From positions 992,001-1,056,000 of the forward strand of contig NW_025767019.1 in the NCBI RefSeq assembly GCF_003918875.1: DNA of 64,000 nucleotides, read 5' to 3'. The number at the start of each line of letters is the position of its first letter. Within the stretch, counting starts at the first letter, position 1. Below the pieces are notes generated by a model, which saw only the letters and a list, made by a program, of their open reading frames with translations, was not told the origin of the DNA and did no database searches. This DNA comes from Haliotis rubra. Lineage: Eukaryota. Positions 38,601 through 51,275 of this stretch are shown here, piece after piece. Made by a program: the position numbers and the translations under genes.

Positions 38601-40021
38601 AGACTGTAGGGGGTTGTGGGGTAGCTGTGAGATTGTATTGTAGGGGCTGTTGTTGGGGGTTGTAGCTGTGAGATTGTAGGGGGTTGTGGGGTAGCTGTGA
38701 GATTGTAGGGAGTTATGGGGTAGCTGTGAGGTTATAGGGGTTGTGGGGTAGCTGTGAGATTGTAGGGGGTTGTGGGGTAGCTGTGAGACTGTAGGGTGTT
38801 GTGGGGTAGCTGTGTAGAGATTGTAGGGGTTATTAGGGTAGCTGTGATGTTATTGTAGGGGGTTGTGGGGTAGCTGTGAGACTGTAGGGGGGTTGTGGGG
38901 TAGCTGTGAGATTGTAGGGGTTGTGGGGGTAGCTGTGAGATTGTAGGGAGTTCTGGGGTAGCTGTGAGGGGTTGTAGGGGGTTGTGGGGTAGCTGTAGCT
39001 GGGAGCTATTGTGGTAGCTGTGAGGGTTGTAGGGGTTGTGGGGTAGCTGTGAGGTTGTAGGGCGTTGTGGGGTAGCTGTGAGATTGTAGGGGGTTGTGGG
39101 GTAGCTGTGAGATTGTAGGGGGTTGTGGGGTAGCTGTGAGCGGTGGGGTAGCCTAGTGGTTAGAGCACCCCCTCGTCACGTCAAAGACATGGGTTCAAGT
39201 TCCCACATGGGTACAATGTGTGAAACCTATTTCTGGTGTCCCCAGCCATAATATTGCTGGAATAGTGCTAAAATCGGTGTAAAATCATATTCACTCATTT
39301 ACTCAATGGGATTGTAGCTCTCAATACCTATCACTGGCTTTTATGTCCTAAACTCTTCATGTAGAATCCACTGTGAAGTTAAAGAAAATGTGTTGTATTT
39401 CTGACAGAATACCCAACAACTGTGTTTGGGGAGCATCTACGGCAGCAGGTGGAGGACAGGCTGACCTTCTATGAGAGCGGCACAACGCCAGCCAAGAATG
39501 TGGATGTTATGAAGCAAGCTGTGGAGGAGGTGAGTCTATGAAGGAAGGGATACAGGATGGCTTGGGTGGAAGATGGGACATTTTTCATTGGGTTTGTAAC
39601 AGATGACTGATAAACTGCCTAGTTGTGTGGTTGGATTTAGTGCCTGTGTAGGGTAGAATTAGTGTCTTAGTTTCAGGGCTTGTGCCTGTGTGGCAGGATT
39701 TACTGGAATGGTATTCAACATTCATTTTGTGTTATGGACTCTTTAAAGAACCATATTTTTCTTCACTTTCAGGCTGTGGTTGTTCAGGCCAAGCTGGCAA
39801 AGAAGGAGAAGAAGAAGAGGAAGAAGGAAAAGAGGAAGCTAGAAGAGTCTATTGGTGCCAACACAACTGGAGATCTTGACACTACACAAGAGGATGAGCA
39901 GATCCCCAAGAAGAAGAAGAAGAAAAAGAAGAATGCTGATGAAAGCATGGAGGTTGAGGAGGAGGAAGAAGTTGAGGAGCAGACGCCCAAGAAGAAAAAG
40001 AAGAAGAAGAAGAAGGATTAA
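26607..40021 (+). CDS. NOP56: Nucleolar protein 56 (box C/D snoRNP core); 10 exons, ~512 aa
   Basis: Exons: 26607-26609 (ATG only, inferred by analogy to human; lower confidence), 30308-30515, 32608-32775, 33850-34048, 34777-34964, 35421-35572, 36656-36756, 37464-37612, 39408-39529, 39773-40021. Motifs [86 protein letters not shown], and a K/E-rich tail. Confidence 0.96.
28343..29888. mobile_element. hAT-type MITE containing a nested MITE
   Basis: TAGGGCTGCAACGA ... TCGTTACAGCCTTA, with 8-bp TSD TGATATAG (28335-28342 / 29889-29896). Confidence 0.8.
28602..29703. mobile_element. Nested MITE, AAGTACTGTCGGAAAT TIR family
   Basis: CTAAAGTACTGTCGGAAATAGAAAAA ... TTTTTCTATTTCCGACAGTACTTTAG; same termini as 22596-23172. 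Confidence 0.8.
31030..31629 (-). mobile_element. L1/Tx1-type LINE 3' fragment (zf-RVT domain)
   Basis: ORF has [18 protein letters not shown]...CGYC...E..DHLFWYC...W, the CCHC zf-RVT motif. Confidence 0.8.
32205..32447 (+). mobile_element. SINE-like family B, full length
   Basis: Same sequence as 37653-37919, with (ACTC)n tail. Confidence 0.85.
34430..34682 (+). mobile_element. tRNA-derived SINE family A (rearranged copy)
   Basis: GGGGCGGTGGGGTAGCCTAATGGTTAAA head, CCCACATGGGTACAATGTG body, CTCAGTCAGTC tail. Confidence 0.75.
36240..36463. mobile_element. MITE with TIR CAGTGTATGAAATAAG
   Basis: CAGTGTATGAAATAAG ... CTTATTTCATACACTG with ATGGAAC duplicated at both ends. A partial second copy lies at ~42845-42892. 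Confidence 0.8.
36772..36926 (+). other. Putative structured RNA element at the 5' end of NOP56 intron 7
   Basis: Nested pairings TCACTAG/CTAGTGA, GAGGGGT/ACCCCTT and CCTAC/GTAGG. Contains an internal GTGAGT donor, a CTGA and an acceptor-like GCTAAT..CTACAG. Confidence 0.5.
36978..37339 (+). mobile_element. tRNA-derived SINE family C (V-SINE-like)
   Basis: tRNA-like head and GTCGGCTCAGAGTCAGTATAATGTGTCTGAGTGG core. 12-bp TSD CCCAATGTGTCT. Second copy at 50815-51170 (-). Confidence 0.8.
37653..37919 (+). mobile_element. SINE-like family B, full length
   Basis: 13-bp TSD CTAATATTCAAAG (37640-37652 / 37920-37932). Confidence 0.88.
38090..39140 (+). repeat. G-rich ~29-bp minisatellite
   Basis: Unit GAGATTGTAGGGGGTTGTGGGGTAGCTGT. 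Confidence 0.95.
39140..39305 (+). mobile_element. tRNA-derived SINE family A
   Basis: GCGGTGGGGTAGCCTAGTGGTTAGAGC...CCCACATGGGTACAATGTGTGAA. Confidence 0.8.
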
Positions 40022-42075
40022 TAAAATAACTTCCATCAATTCATTTCAGAAAACATGAAATTCATGTCAAAATGCACAAACATTGCAGTTTGAATAACTT
40101 ATGAATGATTTATTTCCAAACACTTTTCATAAAAATTGTGAGACTTGTACTTCTTTCAGTAAGGCAATTTGGGGCGATTCCTCTTCAAACAATTTCACTG
40201 GCATCTGCTGTTTATTGGATGCCTGCTATAAGCTTTGTTTTGAAATTTTGTTTGAGTCACTCATTTTTCACCAGAGGTGATTAAGACAATTAAGACAGAG
40301 TTTGTATATTTGTTAACCAACTGGTACAGTTTACTCATGTTCTAATGAGAGTTCTTCAAAACTTTGAACCCAGGAACCTCTATTATATGGGAACATCTCA
40401 TGGAATATCTTTCAGTAGATCAGTCAGTGCTTTCAGTTACTACACTCACATGATGCAGACATCAAATTTCAGAGGTTCATTCATAGTGTGGGAACATGTA
40501 TGAGTGGTACTGTGTTTTAAGTAAATTTTGTTGTGAATGAAAACTTTCCTTAGCATAAGGTCAAAGATTACATGTTATATACTTTTAATGTCTCGGGGCA
40601 TTTTTTAAAAAGACATTCTTCATTTCCATTGTAGTTTTATTAGACAAGATGTATACAAAAGCCTTATATATTTTAGTGAAATGTGCAAATATTATCTGAC
40701 TTATTTGCTAAAGGCTAATAAAATTATGAGAAATGATAAAACATGTCATTGAGTTTATTTATCTTTTTTACTCTGTACATTTAACTTAACGTGGAACTGT
40801 GTCCCATGCTATTGCAGGGCTTGATTCAGCCCTACATCACATGCCAAGTGCAGCCTTCTACTGAAAAGTTCAACCTTATATTTGTCTACATGCATCAAGT
40901 AGAGCTGTGTATCATGGCCTAATTGGCAAGACGATATATCCCGATACCAGTTTAATGAGGCGAGACGATATATCATGAAAGTATTGGCAAGGAACCTGCG
41001 AGACGATTATCATCACGATACACTTGTGGCGATATGATACGTATCCCAATACTTTACAATAGAACAGATATGGTAGATAAAATGACTGAAACTTTATTTG
41101 TTATACTGCAGATTTTGTGTTACATTCACACACATTTAAAAAGATGTTCAGCATTTAATGCTTAAGAAAGTACAGATCTAATACACTATATATAAATTTG
41201 AAAGTGAAGTTTCCCTTGGGAAGTTGTATTTTACACCAATGCTTACACAAACAACTCAATGTAATTTATATCAGAATTCAGAATCACTAAAAAAAAAAAA
41301 GTAAGCTTTCTAAATTTTATCTTCTCTTTGTGCTCTTCTTAACAAAGCTAAGACATCGTTCATAGTTGTTAATAAATGGTGTTATTTGTCAAACAACTAA
41401 AACATATCTGCATATTTCAATTACTTGAAGACAGTATTCTACAGTTCACAGAGTTTGTACACCAACTCATTTGTTCAAGTAACAAAGATAACAGACAAAC
41501 AAATTCCTTTAAAATTGAATTTGTATTCAAAATTCAGAAGAATTTCAAAGAGACTCTTTTCCTATTCCTAATGCAATACTCCTTACAACTTTAAGTAGTA
41601 TTTAAGTTGTAACGTGATATATCGTCTTGTGGCGATACATCGATGTATCATGGACTCTCGCGATATAAATATCCTGATATATTGCCTAAATGTGTTTTGT
41701 ATCGATGCACACTATCACGTAGTTCACATGGATACTATCATCAAGTGCATGTCAAAGGATAATCAGATTTGTGTTTGACCTTTTCTCTTCCACACAACAA
41801 AGATCCATGAATATGCTAAATACTTCTCGGCTCTATGAACTGTACCATATCACTAACCCATGTGTAATTATTCTTTCACTTTTGGGATTGAAGCCATCAA
41901 ACTACTGTACCTACTGCACATGATTCTGGCCTTTGATCGAAACATGTAAAATCAATGCATGGTGCCGTAAGGATGAAAATAATCCTACCAACAAACCAAA
42001 TAATTATATAAATATAAATGGCTATATGAAGTTTAAAAATCATAGATGTTTCTTGTCATTCTTCTTACCATGTGT

Positions 42076-42246
42076 GTAGGGATGTGGGGTAGCCTAGTGG
42101 CTAAAGCGTTGGCTCGTCACACCGAAGACCCCGGTTCGAATCCCCACATGGGTACATTGTGTGAAGCCCATTTCTGGTGTCCCCCGCTGTGATGTTGCTG
42201 GAATATTGCTAAAGCGGCGTAAAACCAAACTCAGTCAGTCAGTCAG
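42076..42246 (+). mobile_element. tRNA-derived SINE family A
   Basis: 13-bp TSD TCTTACCATGTGT (42063-42075 / 42247-42259). Confidence 0.88.
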
Positions 42247-42279
42247 TCTTACCATGTGTATATTACTGTATTAATGATA

Positions 42280-42545
42280 ATAATAGTTCCATTTGTATAG
42301 CGGCTTTTCATTCATCTATGCACCCTCAAAGCGCTTTATCTGAGATAGTTGTTGAAGAGATAGGTCTTCAGATGGGCTTTGAATTATGGAAGAGAGTCAG
42401 AGTGTTTTAAAGAGCCAGGGAGCTGATTCTATTTGACAGCAGCTGCCGCACTGAAATATCTGCCTCGGAATGTTTTCATTTGAAATCGGTGAATGTCAAG
42501 GAACTGGAACGGAGGCATTTAGGTGGCTGGTACTGTGTCAGGAAT
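42280..42545 (-). mobile_element. L2-type LINE 3' fragment
   Basis: Minus strand encodes ...GRYFSAAAAVK*NQLPGSLK...FKAHLKTYLF, then an AAAGCGCTTTGAG...CGCTATACAAAT tail. A related RT piece (KTEAMLIGPRQR) lies at ~43700-43860. Confidence 0.7.
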
Positions 42546-42550
42546 TCACG

Positions 42551-42835
42551 TACAGTACAACCAGAAATTATTGAGAATTTAAAGATTGTAATTTTAAAAA
42601 AAAAAATTCACTCATTACTCACGTATTTAATGTGAATATTAGCAGAACATAACTCCAGATTCAAAGACAGGTGAACAGTTAGTATTTTGTCAAGTCACCA
42701 CGGGCAGCAATGCAGGCTTCAATGCGGCGGGGCATACTACTGATCAAAGAAGTTAGAAAGTCGTGGTCCATGCTGTCCCAATATCGGACCACCTCTTCTT
42801 TCACTTCAGCAATATTTGTCAGATTTTTCTTATTG
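42551..42835 (-). mobile_element. Tc1/mariner transposase C-terminal remnant
   Basis: Minus strand: ...EVKEEVVRYWDSMDHDFLTSLISSMPRRIEACIAARGDLTKY*, the typical SMP.R...GG.TKY ending. Terminates in ..ACTGTA. Confidence 0.75.
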
Positions 42836-45461
42836 ACACTTTCCTTACCAGCCCTGATGTCTGGCCGGGGTTTGGGCTTATTTCATACACTGGGTTAAGC
42901 ATTGTGAATGGGGCTTTGTACTATCTATTTGTATGTGTTCCATGTCAAGAGGTAATGATATTGTGACTTGCAATCACTTGCAGGTACTCATTAAAAATCT
43001 TTATATAGACACGCTTTAAGAATGTGAAAACTGGAGAACTGTACATGATGCACACAAAATTTCCCTTGAGATAATGCCGAAATCATCTTATCTTGTGACT
43101 TGTTCATGTGGGCGTCTTGAAATTACCTGATGCACACCATTTATTGGCCAAGTAAATGTTTATATACAACAGAACAACTTACTGCCTTATCCTAAATGAA
43201 CACAAAATGATAGAAATTTTCCGTTACCAGCATCTTTCAATCTCAAATTTTCCGTTACCAGTGTTAAAGACTCTGTGACATTTCTAAAATATTATTTTAG
43301 TGAAATTGATGTTAAAATATTGATATATATGACACAATTTTATGTGGAAGACTTGACATAATTCGTTGTGAATATTTTGGTCTTCGAGGGTTGTTAATCT
43401 TGATGTTTTACTCATTTTTATTATCAAAATGACTTTCATTGCAAATTATGATAAAAATTATATCCATGGTATTGCTAGATTTATTCAAGTAAATTATAAA
43501 GTTGCAAAATGATATTATGTGTTGATTAGGCAAATTATAGTCTTTAATACCACAAACTAAAGCTATAATTACCATTTTATCTTATTATAACACATATCAT
43601 TGCAAAGAATCACAAATCACAAAGACTCTGTCACAAGACATAAAGTTTCTGTCGCAAAAATCACAAAGACTCCACTCTCACAGTAACCCAGTTCCCTACC
43701 AGTGATATTGGGATGTCAGTCACATCTAGTTTCTGGAATCTTTGTCTTGGTCCAATGAGCATGGCTTCTGTTTTGCTCAACATGTTCGGATCTCAGTTGA
43801 GGCATTTGTAAGGAAGACAACTTCTGGAATGTTGTCCTCTGAATCTGGCTGCAGCAGTAATTTCAAAATATGGATGTGTTTGTCTCCATGCTTTCAGCAA
43901 CAAACCAGATATTTGGATTTGTTGCCTCAATAATGGATTTTAAAGATTGCTTTCTCAAATCGCAACTTTGTACGTTTTGCGCAGAAAACATGCAAACTGA
44001 TAAGTATATGGAGACAATGGACATAATTGTTCTTAGATCCATGTCAAAATGTGTTTTAGTGAGTGGCATGTTTTATTTTAGAAGTTTCTTTCGACTGAAC
44101 ATTTCGTGTTCATAGTTGCCAGTCAAAAGGCACGTCACTTTGCGGCCGCATTGGATTGATGGCTGTCAGAATTAATTGATTTAAGAAAAAACTATCCACC
44201 CAACAGATTCCAGATTTGACCTGTGACACTGTCATCAAATAGTGATCCATTTCGACTATTGAGCCACGGTAATGAAGCTTCACATAAACAGTATAATTGT
44301 TTTATTTGACTTCACGCCAGTTCCTCCAGCAATGCCAAGACCTTGAAAGGTGCTTTGAACACTTCTCTTATGCTTTACTGTTTCTTTCAACACAAAGTTT
44401 GAAACTATTTAAATTAAATTCTGTCTACTTGGTCATCAACGGCCTAGCCGCCAACACCATCAAGGGTCTACAAGGACTACTGTTTGACAGGTACAATACA
44501 ACCGAGAAAGGGAAAATATTCCTTGCAAAGATTTACTTACAAGAATACCTTACCGTGCGCGTCCTACCTATGCCGTGATGTGATGTTATCAATGGTTATG
44601 TCATAAATCTTTCGGTAAATATACTACCCATCAAAGGTTTAGACTCACTTAAAACACTCACTATATGTTATATATATATATAGTTACATTGAAGATGAAT
44701 TTCTCCGCTATCTTGGGGGAACCAACTGCAAACTTTATAAAGATGAATTGCACAAGGAGTATGCATCAAATTGCTGAAAAGCATGTGCAAATATCGTGCA
44801 TGTGAACAGCTGCGTTTTGGTGTAAAGTTTTGTTAAGAATTCACCAATTTTCTCTGAGTTTCATCATTTATGGAACTCGTGACAATTTTTTCAACGTTAC
44901 GAATTTGTTTTACAATACATCAGTTCATGTGTAAACTGTACCTTTAAACAGTATGGACTATTTTGCAAAATCTAGTTTAGAACAGTTGACTGAAGTAAGT
45001 GGCTACATTTACACTAGTGAGTCTAAACTTTTGATGGGTAGTATATATACCCTGGACGCCAGCGAACCAGTCTCGGCTAACTGCCCAAACGGCCTCCATT
45101 GGGCAAGAAGGACAAAACTGTGTGAAACCTGTATGAATTTAACATAATTTCGTGTTTTGGTCGCTCTGACAGGTAAAACACTTTCCTGTTTTGAAATATT
45201 AAACACATGGAGTCGATAGTTATAGCTGAAGACTACCTCTCTACCATGATTTGGTAGTTGGAACTCACGACTCTGAGTCCCTTACACTGCCGGCAAGTAA
45301 AACGCTTTGGAAAGGAAGAATTATTGCGTACATTTTCCACTTTATTTCGGTTTTAGATAACAAACACAACCAGCACTAAAATGCAGAACATGGCCAACAA
45401 ATTAAAGATACATAACAATGTATAAATATCAACAATGTCATCGTGATCGTTAAGTGATGTC

Positions 45462-45621
45462 GGGCGGTGGGGTAGCCTAGTGGTTAAAGCGTTGGCTCGT
45501 CACGCCGAAGACCCGGGTTCGAATCCCCACATGGGTACAATGTGTGAAGCCCATTTCTGGTGTCCCCCGCCGTGATATTGCTGGAATATTGCTAAAAGCG
45601 GCGTAAAACCAAACTCAGTCA
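45462..45621 (+). mobile_element. tRNA-derived SINE family A in the CDC25 copy 1 3' UTR
   Basis: 13-bp TSD GTTAAGTGATGTC (45449-45461 / 45622-45634); absent from copy 2. Confidence 0.92.
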
Positions 45622-45638
45622 GTTAAGTGATGTCAGTC

Positions 45639-47793
45639 TCAAAAGAGTGATAACTTTAGTGGTGAAACATCAATTTCTAAGCACCGACTGCGCAAATATA
45701 TGTTTTTCGTGGTTTTGGTAGACTTGGATTTCGACCGGAAGTGACGTAGTTGACTGGCGTAGTCCTCGTGCAGCATGGGAATGTAGGTGTTTGGTTGACA
45801 CTGTCGCTGAAAGAAGAACAAGCACCTTTGTCAGTAACCTTACTTGTGTGATCTCTTGTAAAACACACGTTTGTGAAATACGTGATACTAATCAGATAAA
45901 AACAACTAGAGATATGGCGTTTCTAAGTTTACTCCTCCCCAAGTTGCGCTCGTTTTAGATTTAGCCAAAGTTTGAGTCAAGTATAATTACTTTACTGAAA
46001 AACAACTGTGAACGTACCTGATGTTGTTCATAGAAAGCCTTGTAACCGCCATCCAGTAAGTACACTTCCGGGTAGAAGAGGAACGGGTAGCGGTCGCTGT
46101 TCAACTTCCGGTCTAAACTCCGCAGATGGCGTAATCTGGGTTTAAGAAAGATTGCACCAGATGAGGAACATGTCGGTATGAAATGTGCATCACAGCGTAA
46201 AACTGCTTCGATGCCAAGTTTCGGTAAAAATCTGAGACATGTTTAATTATTTCAGTACTTTGGTCCAGTTTATCAAAGTTAAGGGTCAGAGACAGATCAA
46301 ACCATGTGCACTTACAGTTTGGGTGCTCTCTCTGAGGAGAATTCACAGTGGAAGACCAGGATGTTCCGTTGAGTCGACTCCCTCCCTCGTAGGCTGGTGA
46401 CTACTTCCGAGATTTGGGCCTCGTTGTGGAGATTGATGGCACCCTGTAAAAACAATTATATTGGGGATGATAAGATGGACAAAATGTCTACTAAACGTTA
46501 TTAGGATTATTCATGTTCTTTACAGATATTACAGCATTACAGTCTCATACATCAACAAATAACTTATTATTTACCTCTATATGACCACCCTCATATTCAT
46601 ATGGGTAGCGACAGTCGATGATCTGGTACCCGGAAATGACGTCATCGTATTTCCCTGTCAGTAGTTGACTGACTGTACGTGGAGACACTGACTTGAGATC
46701 CTTGTGTCGGCCTGTGATGGTCGGAGCCTGTGACACTGGAGAACAAGTAATGACTCCATTATACAATCAAATATGACAAACCAAAATAAATGAGCGTCAG
46801 ATCCCGTGGACCATTTCAGCAAAACTTGAGTTCTTTGTGAATATTTCCATGCATACATAGATTATTACCTTTGAGCCATCGCCAATCAGATTGATTTCCG
46901 CCTCCATTTTATCCACAGCTGATTTCATGGATTCGGGGGATTCCAAAATATAGAGCTCTTCACGACACATGACGTCATCACCTCTAGATCTCTTTGCTGT
47001 TGGGCTGTCATCCTCATCACGTGGTCGTTTTGGTGAGAATAAAGATTTTCTGACCGAACTGAAGTCGATGATTGTTTTGCGCGACAGAAAACAATTGAGA
47101 GGGGATCCCTGTAAATGGAGAAGGGGGAATACATTCATAATTGTAACAAGTTTCGTTTCGTTTTGTTTTGGATGGAGGCGGCAAATAGTCCAGCTATATG
47201 ACCGCTGGACCAGAAAATCCAGTGATTGATAAACTGAGCAACGATACACGACGTCAGGGTGTGGTGACGCTCAATCCACCACCGAGTCAGACCACGGATC
47301 CCTTTGATCGCCTCTTAAGACCAGCACGGGTTCCTGGGGCCTAATCTATCCCATTCGTGACCAACTCCTGTTATTCCGGGACAAGCCGAATAGCGACTTC
47401 TTTGAGGTTACGGAAAGGGGCTAGTGGTGACAAATGAATCTATCCAGAGTCCGCAGGATCCTATGTTATGAAATATTAGGATGCATCCTGAAGGTGCATT
47501 GTTGGTTCGGTTCTTGGTAAAGATATGGATATGTATTATGCGTTTACCCATATCTACCAACTCTAAGGGCATGTTTTCTGGGTCTGTGGAAATGGCAACA
47601 CAGTCTGGACTTTTACCTCGGTATCACTCCCGTGAGATTCGAAACCGCTGTCACGTGAGTCATCGTCATCATCGAAAGTGAGGCTGCGAGGCAAGACGCC
47701 GGTATCTTCAGGAATAGAAAGACGACCAGATGTCACGTGATCAGGACTATCAAGACAAAGTGTGTTCATCAAGGACATTGCAGAAGGAGTCAT
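45639..47793 (-). CDS. CDC25: CDC25/string-like M-phase inducer phosphatase, copy 1 (1-bp deletion in exon 3; intact only if the alternative acceptor is used)
   Basis: Exons 47793-47617, 47108-46869, 46735 (or 46727)-46575, 46443-46316, 46135-46018, 45806-45639. Motifs [27 protein letters not shown] and [15 protein letters not shown]. Confidence 0.8.
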
Positions 47794-48915
47794 TTTAACC
47801 TGAAAACAAATATCGACAGTGTTATAAAATGAGTCCAAATTCATATTATAAAGATACAACAGAAATGTTACTGATGTAGCACGCTGGAGTACAGCAAATA
47901 ATATGTGATTTTCATCTCCATCCTTGGAAGATGTTGATGGAAGTTATCATGATTCTGGTTGTAAGCAAACCATTATAACGTCTTGTAGGCGGAATCCTTA
48001 CCCGTAGTGTCTGTCTTCCTGTTTTAGGCAGTGTAAAGTTTCTTGTTGTGACTGCCCTGTGTCTTATACAACAGTAGTGAGATAATGATGCCCTCTGCAG
48101 TTTCAAAACTGTATATATACCTACACACCGTCAATGACCTGATTACATACACAAACTAATTAACAACTACTGCATACTATCGTTAACACTTCAGTCTAAT
48201 GACGGTGTAATAAGGCAAACAACGTCTGTAACTCTGAAACAACAAATCCCGACTAAAACGGAGCAATTATAGGAAGCTAGCACCTTGTGAGTGACCAGCG
48301 CTCCAGCTTGGGGAGGAAGGGTGATGGCTTGTGTGTCCAGCGTTTCTATACGGGGGGATGAGGAGATTATCCCCCGAGTGATAATCCAGGCGGGGCATCA
48401 AATATACCGATAATTGAGGTTGGAATAAATGCACGAAGGATATATTAGATAACTGGTAGAAATTAGGCACACACAGTGGAACAATATGACGGCTCGGTGC
48501 ATTGTTTGTATAGGAAGACAGTGGTGGGTGTTTGATTGGACAGTGGGAAGACACAACAGTGTGTGGCGAGAAGCTGCAAGGATTGGGTCGTTAACAGTAA
48601 TAACATCTATTTAAGATTATTACTGCGTTGTTGACGTAAACACAATCTGTTTTTCAGATGGGACATAATGAAATTTACGTTTCAAATAATTATAACAAGG
48701 ATTCATTCTCAATTACATAATGTATACACTTGCTTAGATAGAACATAGTGTATGGTGGCTTCAGCAAACGTTGTGTCCACAGTGATATACACATTGACAT
48801 AGTTTTATATTTTTTACTTCATGTTTTACATGTTTTATATATGATGCTTTCTAGATATTTATAGGTTCTATTTCATGTTAAACATCTATACATTGTCCAA
48901 CATGCCACACTAATA

Positions 48916-49061
48916 NNNNNNNNNNNNNNNNNNNNNNNNNNNNNNNNNNNNNNNNNNNNNNNNNNNNNNNNNNNNNNNNNNNNNNNNNNNNNNNNNNNNN
49001 NNNNNNNNNNNNNNNNNNNNNNNNNNNNNNNNNNNNNNNNNNNNNNNNNNNNNNNNNNNNN
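48916..49061. other. Assembly gap (N run) within a degenerate ~70-bp repeat region
   Basis: Run of N. Confidence 0.99.
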
Positions 49062-49464
49062 ATTGTCGAAAGTACAAACTTCAATTTCATTACATATTAT
49101 AACATCGTATCCATATAATGTTCTCCATATAAGTGTCAAAGGCACAAACATCAACTTCCACCACATGTTAAACATGTTATAGGTTCAACGTTATCCCACA
49201 TTGTCAAAAAATATAAGCATCGATTTCCACTTCATGCTAAACATGTTGTATATATAACATTCTCCAATATATTGTCGAGAGGATAAATATCAATGGCTAT
49301 TGATACAGGTATATACACCATAGATAGAAGTAATATGCTTCCTTGTATTTATTGTAGCTTAATATCCACAGATCTTACCCAGATTGTATAACTTGCAGCA
49401 GACATAGGCTCAATATCTCTGTGGGTCATTTAAAGTATGCAACCAGACTGGAGCCACTCAGTAT

Positions 49465-49532
49465 ATGGATGAATGGATGGATGGATGGATGGATGGATGG
49501 ATGAATGAATGGATGGATGGATGGATGAATGA
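49465..49532. repeat. (GGAT/GAAT)n microsatellite
   Basis: Visible tetranucleotide run. Confidence 0.9.
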
Positions 49533-50814
49533 ACTTGTCATAATATGCACACCACAAGGACACTTTAACTACGATGTGCTTCTTTTTGTTTTATGTTGGA
49601 AGGGACAATTTTGTTTACTTTTAATGAATACTCTGAAGCATGTGGTAACTGGTGTATCGCATTATTGGAACTCAGTTAACGAGTTACCAGTAAGTTAGAA
49701 AATAGAACATCCGAAATAGATCCTTGACGATCCGAATAACACCCATGCTTGTCGTAAAAGGCGACAAAAGGGATCGGGTGGTCAGACTCGCTGATTTGGT
49801 TCATGCCTGTCATATTTGCCTAACTTTGAAGTTCATGATGTCAATCACTGGATTGTTTGGTCCAGACTGAATTATTTACAGACCGCCGTCATATAGCTGG
49901 AATATTTCTGAGTGCGGGATAGACCACCACCACAACAAATAGACACCAGTGGCTTATAGAAGACTTCAAACTAAGTTTCCCTTTAGAAAAAAGTCTTATT
50001 TTGTTTAAAATTTGGATTTATTCTCATAGTTATTACTTTCCAAAATTCACAGGTATATCGACAATGCAGTTTAACATAGCATGCACTACTTTAATTCGAA
50101 ATCATCAAAGAATCTACTCAATATTTATATATCCTATTATTTGGATAGAACGTCAACACAAGAGAGTGAGTATTATCGATTCATTTCAGCCAGGAGCGGG
50201 ACAAACCCAGATCTAATAATTACAGTTTCTAGTGTTTTGTGTACAGAAAGGTTACAAACAGGAGAAAGTACGACATTAAATATTGTATGATATTTTTGTC
50301 CACCAAATATCAAAGTCACAACGCATAAACAAATTTTTATGCATCGTGTTGGGGGGTTGCATCAACGTGTTCAGCACCGTCGCCTCCAACACTCAGGATG
50401 TTTCGTCAAAATAGAGCTGAAATAGCGCTATACCGTAGAAATCAGTATTGAACTTAAACAGTTCAAAAATATGTATTTGGCATAAACGTTTCTATCTTCA
50501 CAAATTAAAAAGCATTAACAATATTTGAACACTCATAGTGTAACCAATAGTTCTAATAAAACTACCATGGATTTGTTTTGGGAAAAGAACACTTAATGAC
50601 TGTGTTATCATTTGATAACGTTTGTATATATACTGAAAGGCAAAAAAACGTCTTGAAATGACATTTAAGTATCAGTGAAGTATTTGAACATACTTTTTTT
50701 AAATATACACCAGAAGTCAAGTTTGAGGAAACATGAATCGTGGTCGTATAGCCTGTTTTGCCAAATAAAGTATTGTTTGAGATTGAGGTTAGAAATGTTT
50801 TTGTTTGTGGAAAG

Positions 50815-51170
50815 GTGAGGTGAGGTGAAATTGGGTTTAACGTCGTGCTTGAGAATATTTCGCTCATATGACGACGTGCATGCGTGTGTATGTATATGTG
50901 CGGCTGCTTGTACAAACCCAGACTTAAACTGGTTTTATAGTGCTAGCCCACTGAGATACCATGCCGCAGTGAAGCATGAATACCCCACTCAGACACATTA
51001 TACTGACTCCGAGCCGACCAGTCCTTGTTGTACCCATTAATGCCGAGCGCCAGGAAGGGACCAACAAGTACCATATTTTAACGTCTTTTGGTATGACGCG
51101 GTCGGGGATCGAACCAGCGACCTTCCGCACTCCGGGCGGACGCTCTAACCACTACACCACGGAGGCGGCC
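50815..51170 (-). mobile_element. tRNA-derived SINE family C (V-SINE-like)
   Basis: Reverse complement of 36978-37339. Confidence 0.8.
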
Positions 51171-51275
51171 GTTTGTGGAAAGTGAAGGGTTCGCACAAAG
51201 ACAACATTGAAATCGAGATGCACGTGCATCTTGCATGCATTCAGGCATAAATTGCCGGCTTGAATGGCAAACATT

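Noticed and set aside
39590-39725. Possible snoRNA in NOP56 intron 9
   Set aside because: Some hairpin potential and an ACA, but no correctly placed H box or C/D pair.
43863-44069. ORF with a signal-peptide-like start
   Set aside because: Short, no family motif, and adjacent to an L2 RT remnant.
45462-45535. tRNA-like sequences at SINE heads (also 36980, 39140, 42080, 51100, 51745)
   Set aside because: They continue into shared SINE bodies with TSDs and lack a complete cloverleaf.
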